DNA from: Antedon mediterranea
Lineage: Eukaryota; Animalia; Echinodermata
Assembly: GCF_964355755.1 (NCBI RefSeq)
Contig: NC_092672.1
Span: 26,108,437-26,172,436, forward strand
Direction of reading: 5' to 3'
DNA length: 64,000 nucleotides
Below are positions 26,703 through 41,500 of this stretch, in pieces. Below the pieces are notes generated by a model. The model did not search any database, was not told the DNA's origin, and saw only the letters and a program-made list of their open reading frames with translations. The position numbers and the translations under genes were made by a program. How positions within the stretch are numbered: position 1 is the first letter of the stretch; each line of letters starts with the position of its first letter.

Positions 26703-27128
26703 TGTAAAGAAGACCCGTGTCACACGTTAACGTTTCCAAACAACTTTAATTCAACAATGATCAGATGTTCGAAATCTGCAACAATAACAAATTACATAAA
26801 CACAAGCATCTAAAGGCTAAGCCTAAAACAAAGCTAGGCCTACTAGGCCTACACCACTGTAAAGCTACCAAAAGCAAACTAGACAAAAAACTCCTTAGAG
26901 CTACAGTATATAATAATATCAAAGTGCTATACAGTGAATGCACTACTCAAAGAACTTACACTATTACGTCTACATTAAGGTTGTATTTTACGGGAATTCT
27001 CTTAAGATGTGCGTATCAATCACCAATTCAAAGATTCACGTGGTCAACATGACCTCTGACCAACTCTTATTATCTAGAACTAGAGAGGGCGCTAAACCAT
27101 TAAACAAGATATAAAGTCAAACTTTACA
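26703..27128 (-). repeat. 5' LTR of BEL/Pao element
   Basis: TG...CA ends; direct repeat of 22223-22648. Confidence 0.95.
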
Positions 27129-30012
27129 ATTATCAATTACGTAACGCCAGTCTATATAGTTTTCATCTGTTTCTTCATCTGAAGATATGTCTACATGGTT
27201 TGGTGGGCAGACCCTTTGAAAGCCATTCACTAGCATTCTTCTTAGGAAGGTTTTGTATGTTGTACTAAGTTTGCACATTTCACTTCCTGTTGCCCTCCAA
27301 GCATGGCAACCATAGGTGAGTCTACTCCTAACTAGACCATTAAGAAACATCATTCTTGTTTGTAGGTGGATCGTTCTGTTGGTAAGGAATGCCATATTCT
27401 CTGAAAAAGCTCCCTTGGCTGAATTGATTCTGTATTTTACTTCTTGATCTCCAATATGAACATCATTGTAGGTAGCCCATACACCAAGGTATCTAAAGTG
27501 TGTTACGTTGTTAATGTGTACGCCGCAAATTTGTATGATGCATCTTGGGTATTCTTCAACTTCCTCTTTCCAGTTCCATATAATGGTTTCTGTTTTGGGG
27601 GCACTAATTCTTAGACCAAATTCCAGACAAACTTCATTCAAGATGTTCACAATGGTTTGCAGTTCTTCTTGTGACCAGTAGCTTACAGCAAAGTTGTCAG
27701 CATAGCCTATTTCAAAAGTCGTCATAGATGCCCCTTGACGGTGCTTTACATCTTTGAGCATGATTTGTAGCTTCAATAGGAATTAGGTATTGTATCATTT
27801 GGCCATCCAAACTAGCATCTTTACAGCGTTGTTTGAACACTCTAATAACGTAATCAAAATATTGGTTAAACATGCTGGTACTCTTAATACCACCCTGTCG
27901 CACACAAGAAGATGTTTCAAACTTATCATCACTCGGATCGTCGTCAGCAAGGTATGTTTTCGTTGAGCTGTACCTGATTGTATAATGTCAATCATAATAG
28001 TAGACTGGTTTAAGTGAAACCTATTACGAACGCTTAGGAAAAGAAGATTACGATTCACATGGTCGAATGCTGCTGTTAAATCAATGAAGCATGTATAGAG
28101 TTTGCGATTGAGCTATATGCAATTTCCTGGATCTGCTTGATTACATATATAGCATCATTGCACCCTCTGTTGGACCTGAATCCAAACTGTGTGCGTAGAA
28201 GTTGACTTTCATAAAAGATGGAAAAACGTGAAAGAATGATAACCATAAGTATCTTTGAAAAAGTAGACCCAATCGATATTCCTCTATACATTGATGGATC
28301 AAGTGGACTGCCTTTTTTTTCCAAATGGTTGTTAATTTGGACAGTTCCCAATCACTTGGTACCTCTTTGGTTCTCCAAATTTCCTCAAACAGTCTATGTA
28401 CATGGTCGACGAATACTGGGTTCTCTGTGGCGACTTGCAACATTTCAGAAGCGACATCTAGGGTAGCTTTGCGACATTTTAGATGTCCGATTGCATCAAT
28501 AATTTCTTTCTTGGACGGAGTTTCATCGTCTATCTCAAATTCTGGTTGTCTCAAGTTGATTATATATTCTGGAGGTGTGCTAATTTCATCTGGGATTTTA
28601 AGGCTAGATTGGTCTGGATTAAAGTGATCTTTAAAGTGTTCACGTAATCCAGGACATTTTATAGGCTTTGGTAATTTTCTTATAACATCACCGTGCTCCT
28701 TAGCTTTTCTCCATAAATCAAATATTTTTCTATTTTGGTGGGCTTCATTTAACTTGCTTGCTTCTTCATACAAATATTCATTCCGTAGTTCCTTCACCCT
28801 TATCTTAATTGCTTTCTGCATAGCCTTTATCTCCTCTTCTTTGTAGGTAACTGTGCTTTTGTTAATATTCTTTATTTCTTTTATAAGCTGTTGTAGTCTT
28901 TCATCACCATCCCATGGATGAGCATTTTGGTTTCTTGTTTTCTTCGGGACTTCTTCAACTGCCTTATTTAGCACTGTCATAAGTGTTGTATAGCGCTCAG
29001 TTGATATAGTGGTTGTTGTCTTTTCAGGAGAAGTAATTTTATTAATTTCTTCTTCTATCTTTGTTTTAACATTATTTCTTACTTCTCGATCTTTAAGTTT
29101 ACTCATGTTGGCTCTCTTGCTCTGTTTTTTCTTTTTATGCTTCTTCAACCTGGCTGCTTTGTTGGCTGGTGTTGTCATATTACTCACAAGGATTCTATAA
29201 TCCGACGAAAGATATTAGTTGTTATAGACTCTTGTGTCAGTAACATACTTCCTCAACCAGTGATCACATATGTTGTAATCTAGTGTTTTCTTTGTAACAC
29301 CATCGTTGCTATGCCAAGTGATCCGATGAACGTTTGGATGGTCAAACCAGGTGTTCAGTATGCATAGCTTGAAGTCAGAGCAGTAGTTGATGAGTCTTGT
29401 GCCATTGTCGTTACTAATGTCATCTGTGTCTTGAAATCTATGTAGGTTTCCATCAAAGAGTGATTTTCTGGTTGTTATTGTTGATGTTGCATTAAAGTCT
29501 CCCATCAGTAAGAGTTTTGTGTTGTTCTCGACTCTTGTTACTTTGGAGAGTTTTGCATAGAAAATATCCTTTGGTGATTCTGAACCGGATTCCGTAGGAG
29601 AGTACGCAGACAAAATTCTTAATTTACAATTTTTTATTGTGACGTCTATTGCCATTAGACGTTCATATACATAATGAACATTAGACACTTTGATATGGGG
29701 TGACTGTTTGATGGCAATAGCAACCCCATACATCTTTTTGATTTTCAGTCCAGTCCAGTATACATTGTAGCCCTCATGAGATTGCACCGGTACTAATCCA
29801 TCTCACTTCCTGCATACACACGATGTCAAGGTTTGCTGCTTTAATTTGAATGAGGGTTTCATGTAGTAAGAAGTCATCTGAGCAGGTATTAACATTAATC
29901 TGTCCTGCTCGCCAATGAAAATATTTTGCAGGCTTTTGTTTCCTAACTGCTTCTTGTACTTTCTTGTTTATGTTAGAAAGGTTTTTAGAATCTATATCTT
30001 TATTACTCTTTA

Positions 30013-30851
30013 GCCCCTTTCTCACAGAGTTGTGTGCCAGGAATATTGCGGGAATATACCATTACCATGCCGGTATGGTTTTCTGTGAGAACGGGTCGTC
30101 TTGGCATCATGCCGGCACCATGCCGGCATCGACATGACCTGCTTTAGACCTAGTAATATTCTAGGGATATTCCCCGCAATGCCAGACGGGCATTCTGTGA
30201 GAACGTATTGCCGTTATATTCCGGGGTTCCCCGTCGAGGCTTTGACACCTTGCGCAGTCAAGTGTATCACTTTGGCGCCTATTCAATTCAATTAACAATA
30301 ATAATGTCGAACTGGAGGGATAATGAGATAAGAGAGCTGCTTAAAATAAGGGGACAAGAAGAAATTTGTAGCATAATCTATATAGGCCGCTAGGCTAGGC
30401 CAGCCATAGCTCTTTGTTTGTTGGTGCCTGACCTTTCGTCGCCTTGCTTGTAAATTGTAGGCCTACAGCCTTCTAAGGTGTTTTACAGATTGCCGATGAC
30501 GGCAAATTAATTGCTATACCTGTATAATATTATAATATATGCACAATATACTGTACATAGCTTGTATTGCATAAATATGCTATAAAGGAAGATAATAATC
30601 TGTAACTTAACATTCGCAGCCATATCATCGCTAGACAAAAATAATAACAATAAAGGACGCCCTCAATAATTATTTTGTCAGAGACTTTTTATTGGCCGAA
30701 TATGCCCGACTCCTTTCTCACAGAAAGCCGGTATATACCGGTTATATTTCCGGCACGATAGTCCGATGAGAATGGGTATATGCCGGTAACGATACCGGCA
30801 CGACGCCAGCACTGTACCGGTATATTGCAGGCACATCTGTGAGAAAGGGGC
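30013..30851 (+). mobile_element. Non-autonomous PIF/Harbinger deletion derivative inserted in the LINE ORF
   Basis: 16-bp TIR gcccctttctcacaga / tctgtgagaaaggggc with 3-bp flanks TTA/TTT. An internal relic, MSNWRDNEIRELLKIRGQEEI (~30303-30366), resembles the start of a Myb/SANT-like Harbinger accessory protein. Confidence 0.75.
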
Positions 30852-32512
30852 TTTTGTGTGAAATGTTTGACTTGCGTCCACCACGGGTACCTCTATAATG
30901 GAAAATTCCCAAGTCTTTCAAAACACTTCCAACCGCAGTAGTAATTTTTCCAGCATATTGTCTCAGGTTAAGTAGCTTTGAGTAGCTATAGTATGTCAAC
31001 ATAGTTTACTCGCAGCAATGGTAGATTATAATAATAATAATATCACACATACACCGACTCTAGGCCCTGTAAACAAATCTCCTATGCTATGCTTTCCCAA
31101 AGTTCTAAGGCAACAATAGGCTTTGCTTCACTGAACACTGCTAAGACAATTAATAGCATGCACACAGCTAGATTGGGCCTAGCTATAAGCTATATAAAAA
31201 ATCTTTTCTAAATCCAGCTTAGCTGATAAAAATAGGAAAAAAGAATATATACAATACAATAGTTGTAAGTGCTGATAACAATATTGGTAGTAAAGTCACT
31301 CTCAAAATGTGTACTTAAAACCCAAAAAGATTTTAAAAGCAGAATGGGAGTAATAACACTGTCAAGCGCCTCTGGCAGCCTATCACACCCAACCAATTGG
31401 TTGATTTCATTGGTAGCTCGTATTATACAAAATTTGATAAGCATATAATTTATCGATACCAAAAAACCTCTTATTATGTTAGGACAATTTCGAATTGATT
31501 GTGAAGGATTTTTTTATTTTGGTAGGCCTACTCTCAATTTCTGTTTATACAGTATTTGTATTGTTAATTAAAATACACTTTGATGTAATTTACTGAAAAG
31601 TTTACGGTAACTCTTAATTTAAGGCCGTATGATATAAAATTTAATCTGAAGTGCAGTTAATTTCTTCATACAATTGTAATTATCAGTCTTATTTTACTTT
31701 TTTGTTGGCAAGAAGAGTGGGCCTTCTTATTCTTCTATATAAAAATGAATGAAATGAGACAGGCACTGAGGAAAAGAGAGTTGTCAACTATTTCCAAAAT
31801 GGTGGTGATTATTTCTTTTTATTTTAAAAATGATTATGGTTCACCTAATCCTCAAGATACAATGACAACATGCTATCCCAAGATTATGGTTAGCACTGTG
31901 TAAAGCTGGTTGATAGTTCCTATTCAACCTATGTCGGTCGGTATGATGCCGTTGGTCAGCCGGCCGGCCGATCGGTAAACACTAACTTGAGCGCGCGACT
32001 GCAGCCATGTATATGGCCTTGTTGGAAGCTGATTTTGTTTTTACAACTAACTAGTACAATGATTTTGTTAATAAATGTATAAATGCTAAACTGTATACAT
32101 TTAATTCCTAACCACAATTAAATTGTGATTTGAAACATGATTCTGCTACCATTTCATGCCGTTTTTCACTCAAATAAAAAGGCCGACTTTCTAATTAAAT
32201 TCAATACACTATCCGTGTTGAAATGATGTAAGCTATGAATGAACACAAGTGCTCAATACAAATCCAGAGTAAAATAGATACTACTGTATAAACCAAAGGT
32301 TAAATAACCGAATGACTTAATTGTCAACCAATAGAAATCATCCATGTATGATTGTTTACATTAAATAGTTTATGTTTACATAGGCCTACACTCAACTGAT
32401 AATATACGATCTTTGATACACTGCTCTTTGTTATTACGATGAACAGTCTGCTGTAGCCAACCGCTTCTAGTGAATCATTAAAAAATAACAATAGGTTTTA
32501 TATTGAGAAAAT

Positions 32513-35500
32513 ATGGTTGAAATAACGCCTAGTAGTAGGCATAAAGTAAGTATAGCTTTGTGATATGTGTATATTTTTTAGGACTTGTTGCATATTTAAC
32601 AACTCACTGGTAACTTCACATGTGATGCCTACAAATAATGGCGACGGATTTTCAATTGTTTACAATTATTATGGCATTTATGTTATAAAATCTAGTTGTA
32701 GATCTATATATAAAGTTATCCTACTACTCAAAGTTAGGTTTCTGGAATTTCTTGGTTGGCTGAACACTACTGATCATATAGATGGGGTTACTAAACACCG
32801 TGACCAAATACAACAAAATATCTTACGGAGACTCATACCAGGAGGTTTAGGTTAGGATGAAACCAATTTTTACAGCAAACATAAATAAAACTTTGTCGCC
32901 CATTAAAGCAAAAACTATCTCTGAGATAATCGTCATATAGTTTTTTAGGCCTATTATTAATGTAAAAATATAATATTCAATTTACATTAAATAAGGTAAT
33001 TATTATTTGTTTTTGTTTTAACTGTTTTTAACGTGTGTCACTTAAGGTGATATTTGTTATTTTGATGCACCGTTAGGTACGGTATTGTCTAACGTGTATT
33101 GCTATTAAGCTATCATTATACTGATTGAAATAATTGGATTGCCCTGCTTCACCCATATTATTTATTTTGGGGTTATGACGGCACCATGGGCCACACGACT
33201 GTATAACAAAAAGTTGCTGATTTACACATTTTTCTGCTTATAAAAGCCCGGATTTGTGTTCTTATTTTGTTAAAGTTAATTCTTATATAATTCTTATATA
33301 TTTATGATATAATAATAGTAAAATATTGCATTTTTGTTTCAGTCTTTTTTAGCTGTGTATTTTTTATTAGTAGGCCTATTACTGGATATTACAAAAACAG
33401 GTTAGTTTTTCATATATACATTTTATTTCTAAAAATTATGCACCTAAATTTATTCACAATATTACAGTATAATCATGTTTTCATTTTATTTTGGTTTATT
33501 CATACATTTTGGTCAGTTTTGTTTCTTTGCAGTATATTATTTGTTAAGAGCTACCTCACACAAGGTTTGGCTTTCTTGATGTCCCACTCTTTCATTTGAT
33601 AAAATTGGAGGCAGAATTGTGTATTTTTATTTCCTTCACATGAGAAGTAATTGGGAGTTGAACTTGTGGTACGCGCATGGTGCTTCCCTGATTAAAGGAA
33701 TAAATAGATATAATTAACTCTCTAATTCAAACAGTACTCATTTTAGTCAAGTCACTTTTGGTTTTGTTTTGTTTTGTTGTATGTTCTGGTAGTTGTAAAT
33801 GTAGGCCTCCCATCATCTAAAATCGTATGCAATTCTTAAATGTATTGTCCCACAAAACGGGAAAAATGAATGTTAATAAAAAAAAATTAATAGGTAATTT
33901 TGCAGTTTAAATAAACTTAATCACTTCCGTGAGTTTAAATTACAGTTTTTCAGGTAAACATTTTTGTTGGATCAAATTTTTGGTCAAAGTGAATAACTAT
34001 AATTTAAAAAAAATGTAAATAATTATTTTTTTTCATGATGACAATGCATCTTTAATGAAAGACCATCATCCGACATTTTAACCGCGTATGAAGAATATAC
34101 ACTGAATATGTTCTAAAATGTCAATTATTAATTCCCATTTAATCTAGTTGCATCGTTACATTTACATAAACATTTAAAAATAATCTGTAATCGAGACAAC
34201 AATCATTTGAATTTGATATTATGATGTGTTCTTCTTTTTCCAGAAGTACATGGTGAATTAATCACATCTGACCAGGAAGCCAATGAAGGTGATGCTGAAG
34301 TGAGGATACCTTGTGACTATTCACAACTTACTTCTACTACACCTGCTGGAATACAATGGGATGAACTAAATGAAGATGGGAACATCATTACTCCTGGCTT
34401 TGTTAATGATAAGAGGACTCAGAATGGTCGTTTTGAATTAATAAGCGAAACACTTGGGAAAGCTGACTTGGTGATGTCACTTCCAAACAGATCTGATTCT
34501 CAACGAATATTTCAGTGTGAGGTAAAAACATCAAGTGGAACCATTAAAAGATCAAATCCTTCTATTCTAACTGTATATTGTGAGTAACTTAACATATCAA
34601 TATCATACAACTGGAGAGTTAGAGAGAATAAACATTTGTTTTTTGTTTGTTTTTACTAATTAATAATGTATTCATTAATTAACTCAAGAATATAATGTTT
34701 GTTATAAGTAGAAAAACCTCAATATCAATTTAAATAATATTAAATTCAGTTTATACTGTATATAAAAAAAGAGATAGGAGTTAATTTTCAGTATTGTCAT
34801 AGTACCATTTTCTTTGTTTCACTTGATATTTATTTTAGGTATCTAAACTTTTAATCAATAGCACATAAATATAAAAGTTAATCTTCCTTCAAAAAGTTAA
34901 ATGCTTAATGGTTTACATTTTGGATGTTTTTAAACACTGTTGTTAAGGTCATTTTTTTCTGCAACAAAATACTGTCCATCTTTCTCCACTGTAAATTTGA
35001 CATTTTTTAGAAAATTGAAAAAAAAAACTATAAAAACCAAATAAACATATACAATTTCACTAATGAGCTACAGAGGTACAGTATAATGAATTAACACAAA
35101 CACACAAGTGTTTCACAGGAGTTTAAGTTTGCGAATGAAAAGTTGCTGTCCGAGTTTGAATGGACACAATTGTATATTGTATATTATGATATTTCATCAT
35201 TTTATTACTCTTGTTTCAGATTTGGATAAACCAGTTATTGTCTCGGCAAGTGCTATATATAAAGGTCAAACAGTGACCTTTACCTGTAGTACACCTGGTG
35301 GTAACCCTCCTCCTCGCATTACTCAATGGTATAAAAATGAACAGACAATCCCTAATAACCATTCTAGATACGATATTATTGCAAGTAACAATACAGTTCT
35401 TAAGATTAAATCAGCTACTGTAGAAGATGATGGGAGATATACATGTAAAGCAGAAAGTGGTCAGTTTAAAGGAGATGATGGAAAAACAAGCGTGGTCATA

Positions 35501-38500
35501 CAGTTGATAGTATATGGTATGTAAACTTGGAACATATTTATTAAAATAAAAACTGCTGTGCTGCATTTTTTTGTAGTTAATATTACGATTGAAGACATTT
35601 TGTTTAAAAAAAATATAGTTATTACCACATGTTGATTCTATATTTGGGGCCTACTAATGAGAATGTACATCTAGAAAAAAAATACCTTGTGTTCTTTGCG
35701 ATCTATCAGTTAAAATAACATTATCTGATACAGTAGACCTATTGTACATTGTTTAGATGTTGTTGTTACTTTTAAATCTGAGAATGGCTTTGCAACCTGT
35801 ACTGCAGTTGGTAATCCCAAGCCGCCATCAGTACAAGTAGTAATATTGCAAAATGGAGAAGAAGTTAAGAAGGGAGAAAATACCGCAGCTGTAGAAATTA
35901 ATGACGAAATATGCAAATCTAATCTTACATGTTATGCAGAGAATACTAAGCTTAGTAAAACAACGTTGGAGAACTGTAGTGCAGGTAATACATCAACATT
36001 AATAAAGGTGTTAGACGTAGTTAGATGGGTAGGGTGGAAGAGGTAAATGTGAGCATGAGATGTACTGTATGCTAATCACAACCTATATAAATAAAATTAT
36101 ATATAATTATAAATGGTCGCCTTTTTATGCCATTTATCTACCTGCTTAAAATGTTGTCCATGCTTGTTGGGATTTTATATACCCTTTCACACACATTTAC
36201 ATAGTGTTTTGTTTACCTTGAAAGTAATTTGAATTAGACCCTGATGCAGACTGAAGTATCTATAAAAGTGAAAATATTGTGCATACAAAACTAACTATAC
36301 ACAACTCCAAAGAATTGCTTTGAAGACAATCTATTATTAAGCACTTATTGGTAATTTGTATTATGGTAGTCAATAGTTTTTTTAACCGTTACTCTAAATG
36401 TCGGATAAACAGAATGTCGAAGAATTTTCTAAAAAATCGTCAACACTGTCACACATTCGTAATAAAAGTTGTTTTTAAATTGTTATTAAATAGGTCAGTC
36501 AGTCATTCTTTCATTTAAATGAAATATTCTTCCCATCAAACTCATCTTAAAACGCTCTTTTTTACTTTTAAATTGGTCAACATTTCATTTTTTCATTATT
36601 TTCTTAGCCATTTGATTAATTAAAGTTTTATTTGTGTTGTTTGCTACTGATAATTGATATGAAAAACATTAAAATACATTTGAAACTGACATACTAAACT
36701 ATAAATAGCATAACTAAAATCTGAGACAAATGTCACACTGTATCAAATAATTTGCCTATGAATACTGGACACATTATGCCATATGTGGAGTACAAACACA
36801 GAGGACGTGATAACAAATCTTTAATGTTCATAATAATTAATCAAACTCATGTTTTTGCTGGTTACCATTATACTAATGAATGAATCGTAATAAAAATTTA
36901 GGAGATTTGTTGAATGTTTGTCAGAAAACATTTTAAAATGCATCATATTAATATTCTGCAATTACAATGGCAATGGCGTCTTACCCTGTACTCTATATTT
37001 TAAATTTTATTGAATTGTGGTTTCTATTTTTTATTTTATTTATGTTGTCAATTCTGGTCAGTTCAAATATTGTTGTTAATAATTTCATATTAATTAAACT
37101 AACAATTCATTACACGATAATCTGTGCCTTATAACATCCTTGAAGATAATTATATCGAAAATGGACACCCTTTTAACAATTATTGAAATTGAAATATATA
37201 TTTGATCAGTGGCTGTGATGTACTAATACACCGGGTTAACCCCCTACTCGTCTCGTAAGATGTACTAGGTTCTTTAAAGTGCACACAAGCTAGATGTGTA
37301 ACACTGGACCGAGAAGACTGGTTCTACCACCAGAACCATGGAGTAAGTGAGCCTCGAACCCTTGCCGATGTTATGGCTACGTAATTACGGTTCCACTGTC
37401 TTAACCGCTCGGCCACTCACTCACTCACTATGTAACATAGAATAGGTGTTGTTCATTAGTACATGACCCTACAACATTTCTTGCAGTTAGAGAATAGTAG
37501 ATAAACATCACAAGGTGAAATATTTCCTTAATGACACTTTACATTTCTGTAGTATTGTTGCTTTCTGCTGGTTTCACTTTTTGATTTGATTAAATATTTT
37601 GCCACTAAAATGAAATTGATTTGTCATTAAATTGACTAAAACTACCACTATTATACTGTAGTAGTGGTGGTGCTTCTTGTTTTATATGTAAAATTGAATA
37701 AAGAAAAATAATCAGCAAATTGATTAATAATAATAATAATCATAAAAGCACTGCCAGTCGATTTTAATATGGCCTATACAAAGATTGTAAATTGTTTTTG
37801 TAGGTATTGTAGCAGGTTCAGTATTATTGTACATTGTTCTGATTGTGATTTGTGTTGGATTGCTGCTATGGTTACTGCTTCTTGTTTGTAAGTAAGATGT
37901 CTTTTCCCTTAATTATTAATTTTTAATTAATTGCAAGATTCGATATATCCTGCACTTTAAGATATTCATTGCTTCGTGAGCACTTGATAACAAATCAATT
38001 TGTTACAATTAAATTTTAATTATACAAATTGATGATTACAAAAGACTTTGTCATTTTTATTGATTAAGGGGTAGTAGATTTAAATGATTTATTTAAAAAT
38101 GATATTTTTAATTTAAATTTTAAGATTTTATGCATTACAAGAATATTGAGTGGAGCGATACAGATATTGATATAGCCACAGTTGAAGGAGGCAAGCCAGT
38201 TACGATGAGTTGGAAATACCGTCCAAGTATTGCAAGGTTCAAGACTTTTGAAATAAAGAAAGATAACAAGGTGCTTGGTTCAAATCAAAAGCAATTCAGT
38301 AGTTGCAAAAAGGTCTGTCAGTATGTCTGTTATTGCTGTGTTTACTTTTGCGGATTTTTTTGTGTTGACTACACTAATAAATCATGTAAGTTATATATTT
38401 TTCTAGTAGGTAATTATTTTCAAATTATAATTATGTTACATTAATTTTTAAATCGACTTTTTTTTGCTATGCACAACATTGTAAGAGTATAATAATGTAC

Positions 38501-41500
38501 TTTAATGGTAGTAATTGTTCAGGCTAAATGAGCAACATTCGTGAGTCAATCGAATACAAAGAATACATTTTGTTCATCATACAAATCAGTGAAAATATTA
38601 TTTATTCTTTTTAAATGGTGTCTAAGGAAACCTAGAATGTATGTACGGTATGTCAAGACATAAGATTACATTAATACATTTAAATTTAGTTTTGTATAGA
38701 TATTTGTAATATAGCGTAAGACAAGATAAAACAAGTATTGTATATGTCTATTTAAACTGATTTACATATTTATAATATCATATTTTAAATTATATACATT
38801 TTACTTATCATGGAGATAGTCGAATACAATGCAAATCCTTTTTCTTCACACCTTATCATGAGTAACTGCTGTATACATTAATTTAAACTCATTCACTTCT
38901 GAAAATGTAAAAAATATTCTGATTTCTTTCATAGTTGAGGATAAAACAATGCATAGAAACAAGTAAGTTTAGTTTTAAAATTTCAATAATTTATATAGGT
39001 ATATTATTCATGAAATTATTTATGTATGGCTATGATTATAAAATCATAAATATGTTTTGTTGATTTTTTCTTCTGTTTTCATAGAAATTTCAATTACTAC
39101 ATTATTGCAGCCAACAGTCCCATATCTAAACACATCTATATTATTTCCACAACATTTCCAACACACAAATTTACCTTAGTATAATATAACCAAAAGCAAA
39201 ATATGCCTATTAAAATACTTGATATTGATGTATTGTATTTTAATATCTTGTTTTGTTAACAAATATCAAGCAGAAGTGAAGAGTGTGAGATGATGGCCAA
39301 AGAAAGAGAAGGTCCAGAAGGTGCAGTAAGTAAATAATATATATTTTCTAGTGGAAAACGGAATCTACAATGTTTTGTTAAACTGAGTTTATGTGGTAAC
39401 CTGATCGTAATCAACAGGATAATCAATTTCAACCTAAATTAGCTAGAATTTGTAAATGTTGATTTTCTAAAACGATTAATTTTAGTAAAAGAAGCCAATA
39501 AATGTTGTAATAGTAGACTACAATTACATTGTTGATGTTATAGCTATTCATTGATTTGACACTGTTTTTTCAAAGAAAATTCCTGATGATAATGAAGATA
39601 GTAAACTTCTAGCAGGACATCAAGAAGCATCTGGTGAAAGTACAGACGATAAAGGTAAATGTTAATATTGTTTATTTAGTAGGCCTACTTCTATTTATAA
39701 TTTAAACAATTCAAACATACTTAGCCGTTGCCTGTCCAATATCGACGGGCACCATCTTATAATGAGTTTGATGTTTGGGAATAAAAAAGACAGTACAGTA
39801 ATAATGTTATGCAGTATATACAAATCTATAATTGGATGTACAGTACCAAGCTGTACATTACAGCATTTAGATACAGTTAATATGGATACTGATATACCTA
39901 TTTATTTGTTCATATTTTTTTTGGACAATGAGTAACATGTTGTCAGCACCCTTATTTACATGGTTGCTTTCTGCATGACCATTAAAGAAAGAATAAAAGG
40001 AATACTAATAAATACCTCTATCTATTGAGGGCGATATCTTTTATGATTATAATGTACACTCATTTAGTAATTTCTAAATTTGTACTTAACTTAACTTGTC
40101 CAGAGGTTCCAAAGTTTATGTCAGATTTAGTGGAGAAATAAAATGTAGTGGCGCGTGTGCTTCGTATGTTTTACATGCTGGGTACCAGGTTCGAGTCTTG
40201 TTGATACTTCATGGTCATGGTTCAATTTGTACTGATAATTTGCTGTGTAACAAGATCATATACAAACAATACAATTAAACAATGTTATTACAGAGATCTT
40301 GATCATTCTCAATATGTTCACTATAACATTTAAAAATGGTTATTTTATAAAGTAATTGTTGCCATATCTATACATCAGTTTTGATGAATTTAATGCAATT
40401 AGTATTTTCTTACCGTATTTATTGTTCAGGAAGTGTTTTAGGAGGGAGGTGGATGAGATTTTATTCAAGGTTTATTCGGGGATGGCGTTTTTTTTTGTGG
40501 GTGTAATGGTAATCAAATAAATACCCCCAGTATGAAAAAATACAACACCCACAATTAAAATAGTAATACAATACAGTAAAAATTGTATCAAATCCCTGGT
40601 AAATTGTAGGTGTGTCTCAGAAATATGTTTTTGTCTTAATTGTTTCCCATTCAATTAGTGAATACATTTTAATTGCTTTTTTTAATAAAGGAAGAGATAT
40701 CAGTCATACAGTAAGCTTTCGTTTTTCTTTAAAATCTGCAATTTTACCAATATGTGCATACTAATAATATTTTTATTTATTTATTTTTTTTATATTTTAC
40801 ATTGTATAAATACCGTAGAAATTGCTTTAATAGTTACTCTTTTTTCAAATATTAATAAAAAAAAATCAAATGACATATTTGTCTAAACTTGCTATACATT
40901 TCAGTAGAATTGTATTATATAATTACATTTATATTACGTTATAATTCATTACCTTATCTTCATATGTTTATCTTTACATTACAAGAGGCCACACAAAATA
41001 ACGTCTAATTAAAATACTGTAATACTATTGATATGGAAACATTTTCACAGAATGAAGTAGTTTATCCATCTGGTGTTTCGATGCCATTTGAAAAACCTGT
41101 CATTTATGCTCAAGTGAAACGTGGCAGAAAATCTACTGGTGATATTTATTATTATTTATTTACAAAATGAATTTAAAAAAAAGTGTATTGCTTTATTTTG
41201 CAAATTACTGAGTATTTTAATAATATAACTATTGGCACTATTAGATTTATATTTTTAAATAATCATTTTGATAAGAGGTGTTAGTGTTGTTATCCGAGAC
41301 ATCTGTATATCAAGCAGAAAGTTCCGGTTTCAAATGTCGATCAAGGCGGCGGATTTTTCTCATAGTCACAGATTTCCTCATCTGTATCGTTTCGAATTAA
41401 TTAATTCAATTTTAGTATATCACTGGGTAGTTTAGAATTTCTTCTGTGCCTATTAATTTATATAATTGTTTTCCATCATTGTTGCTATTGTAGATCTAAA

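Larger units (their letters stand above)
22223..27128 (-). mobile_element. BEL/Pao LTR retrotransposon, recent insertion, internally deleted
   Basis: 426-bp LTRs at 22223-22648 and 26703-27128 (tgtaaag...ctttaca); I see only one mismatch (tttcacggg vs ttttacggg). 5-bp TSD ATTAT at 22218-22222 and 27129-27133. PPT-like cgtggggcggaa precedes the 3' LTR on the - strand. Confidence 0.95.
21795..31002 (-). mobile_element. Near full-length decayed RTE-like LINE (APE endonuclease + RT), interrupted by a BEL/Pao LTR element and a Harbinger derivative
   Basis: ORF start at ~31002 (..LGIFHYRGTRGGRK). EN motifs: GQINVNT, DIVCMQEVR, SAYSPT, LLMGDFNA, TWHSNDGVTKKTLDY. RT motifs: YRGISI, QFGFRSNRGCNDAI, FIDLTAAFDHV, RQGG, YADN. 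The C-terminal WIGHV...RRGR continues left of the LTR element to a stop at ~21975, and the 3' tail is (accagt)3 at 21795-21812. Multiple frameshifts and stops. Confidence 0.88.

Noticed and set aside
22281-27052. Duplicate 60/95-aa ORFs and the many + strand ORFs across 22678-26340
   Set aside because: The duplicates lie in the two LTRs; the others are antisense shadows of the gag-pol ORF.
37345-37425. tRNA gene
   Set aside because: It has A and B boxes but no complete cloverleaf and continues into a SINE body.
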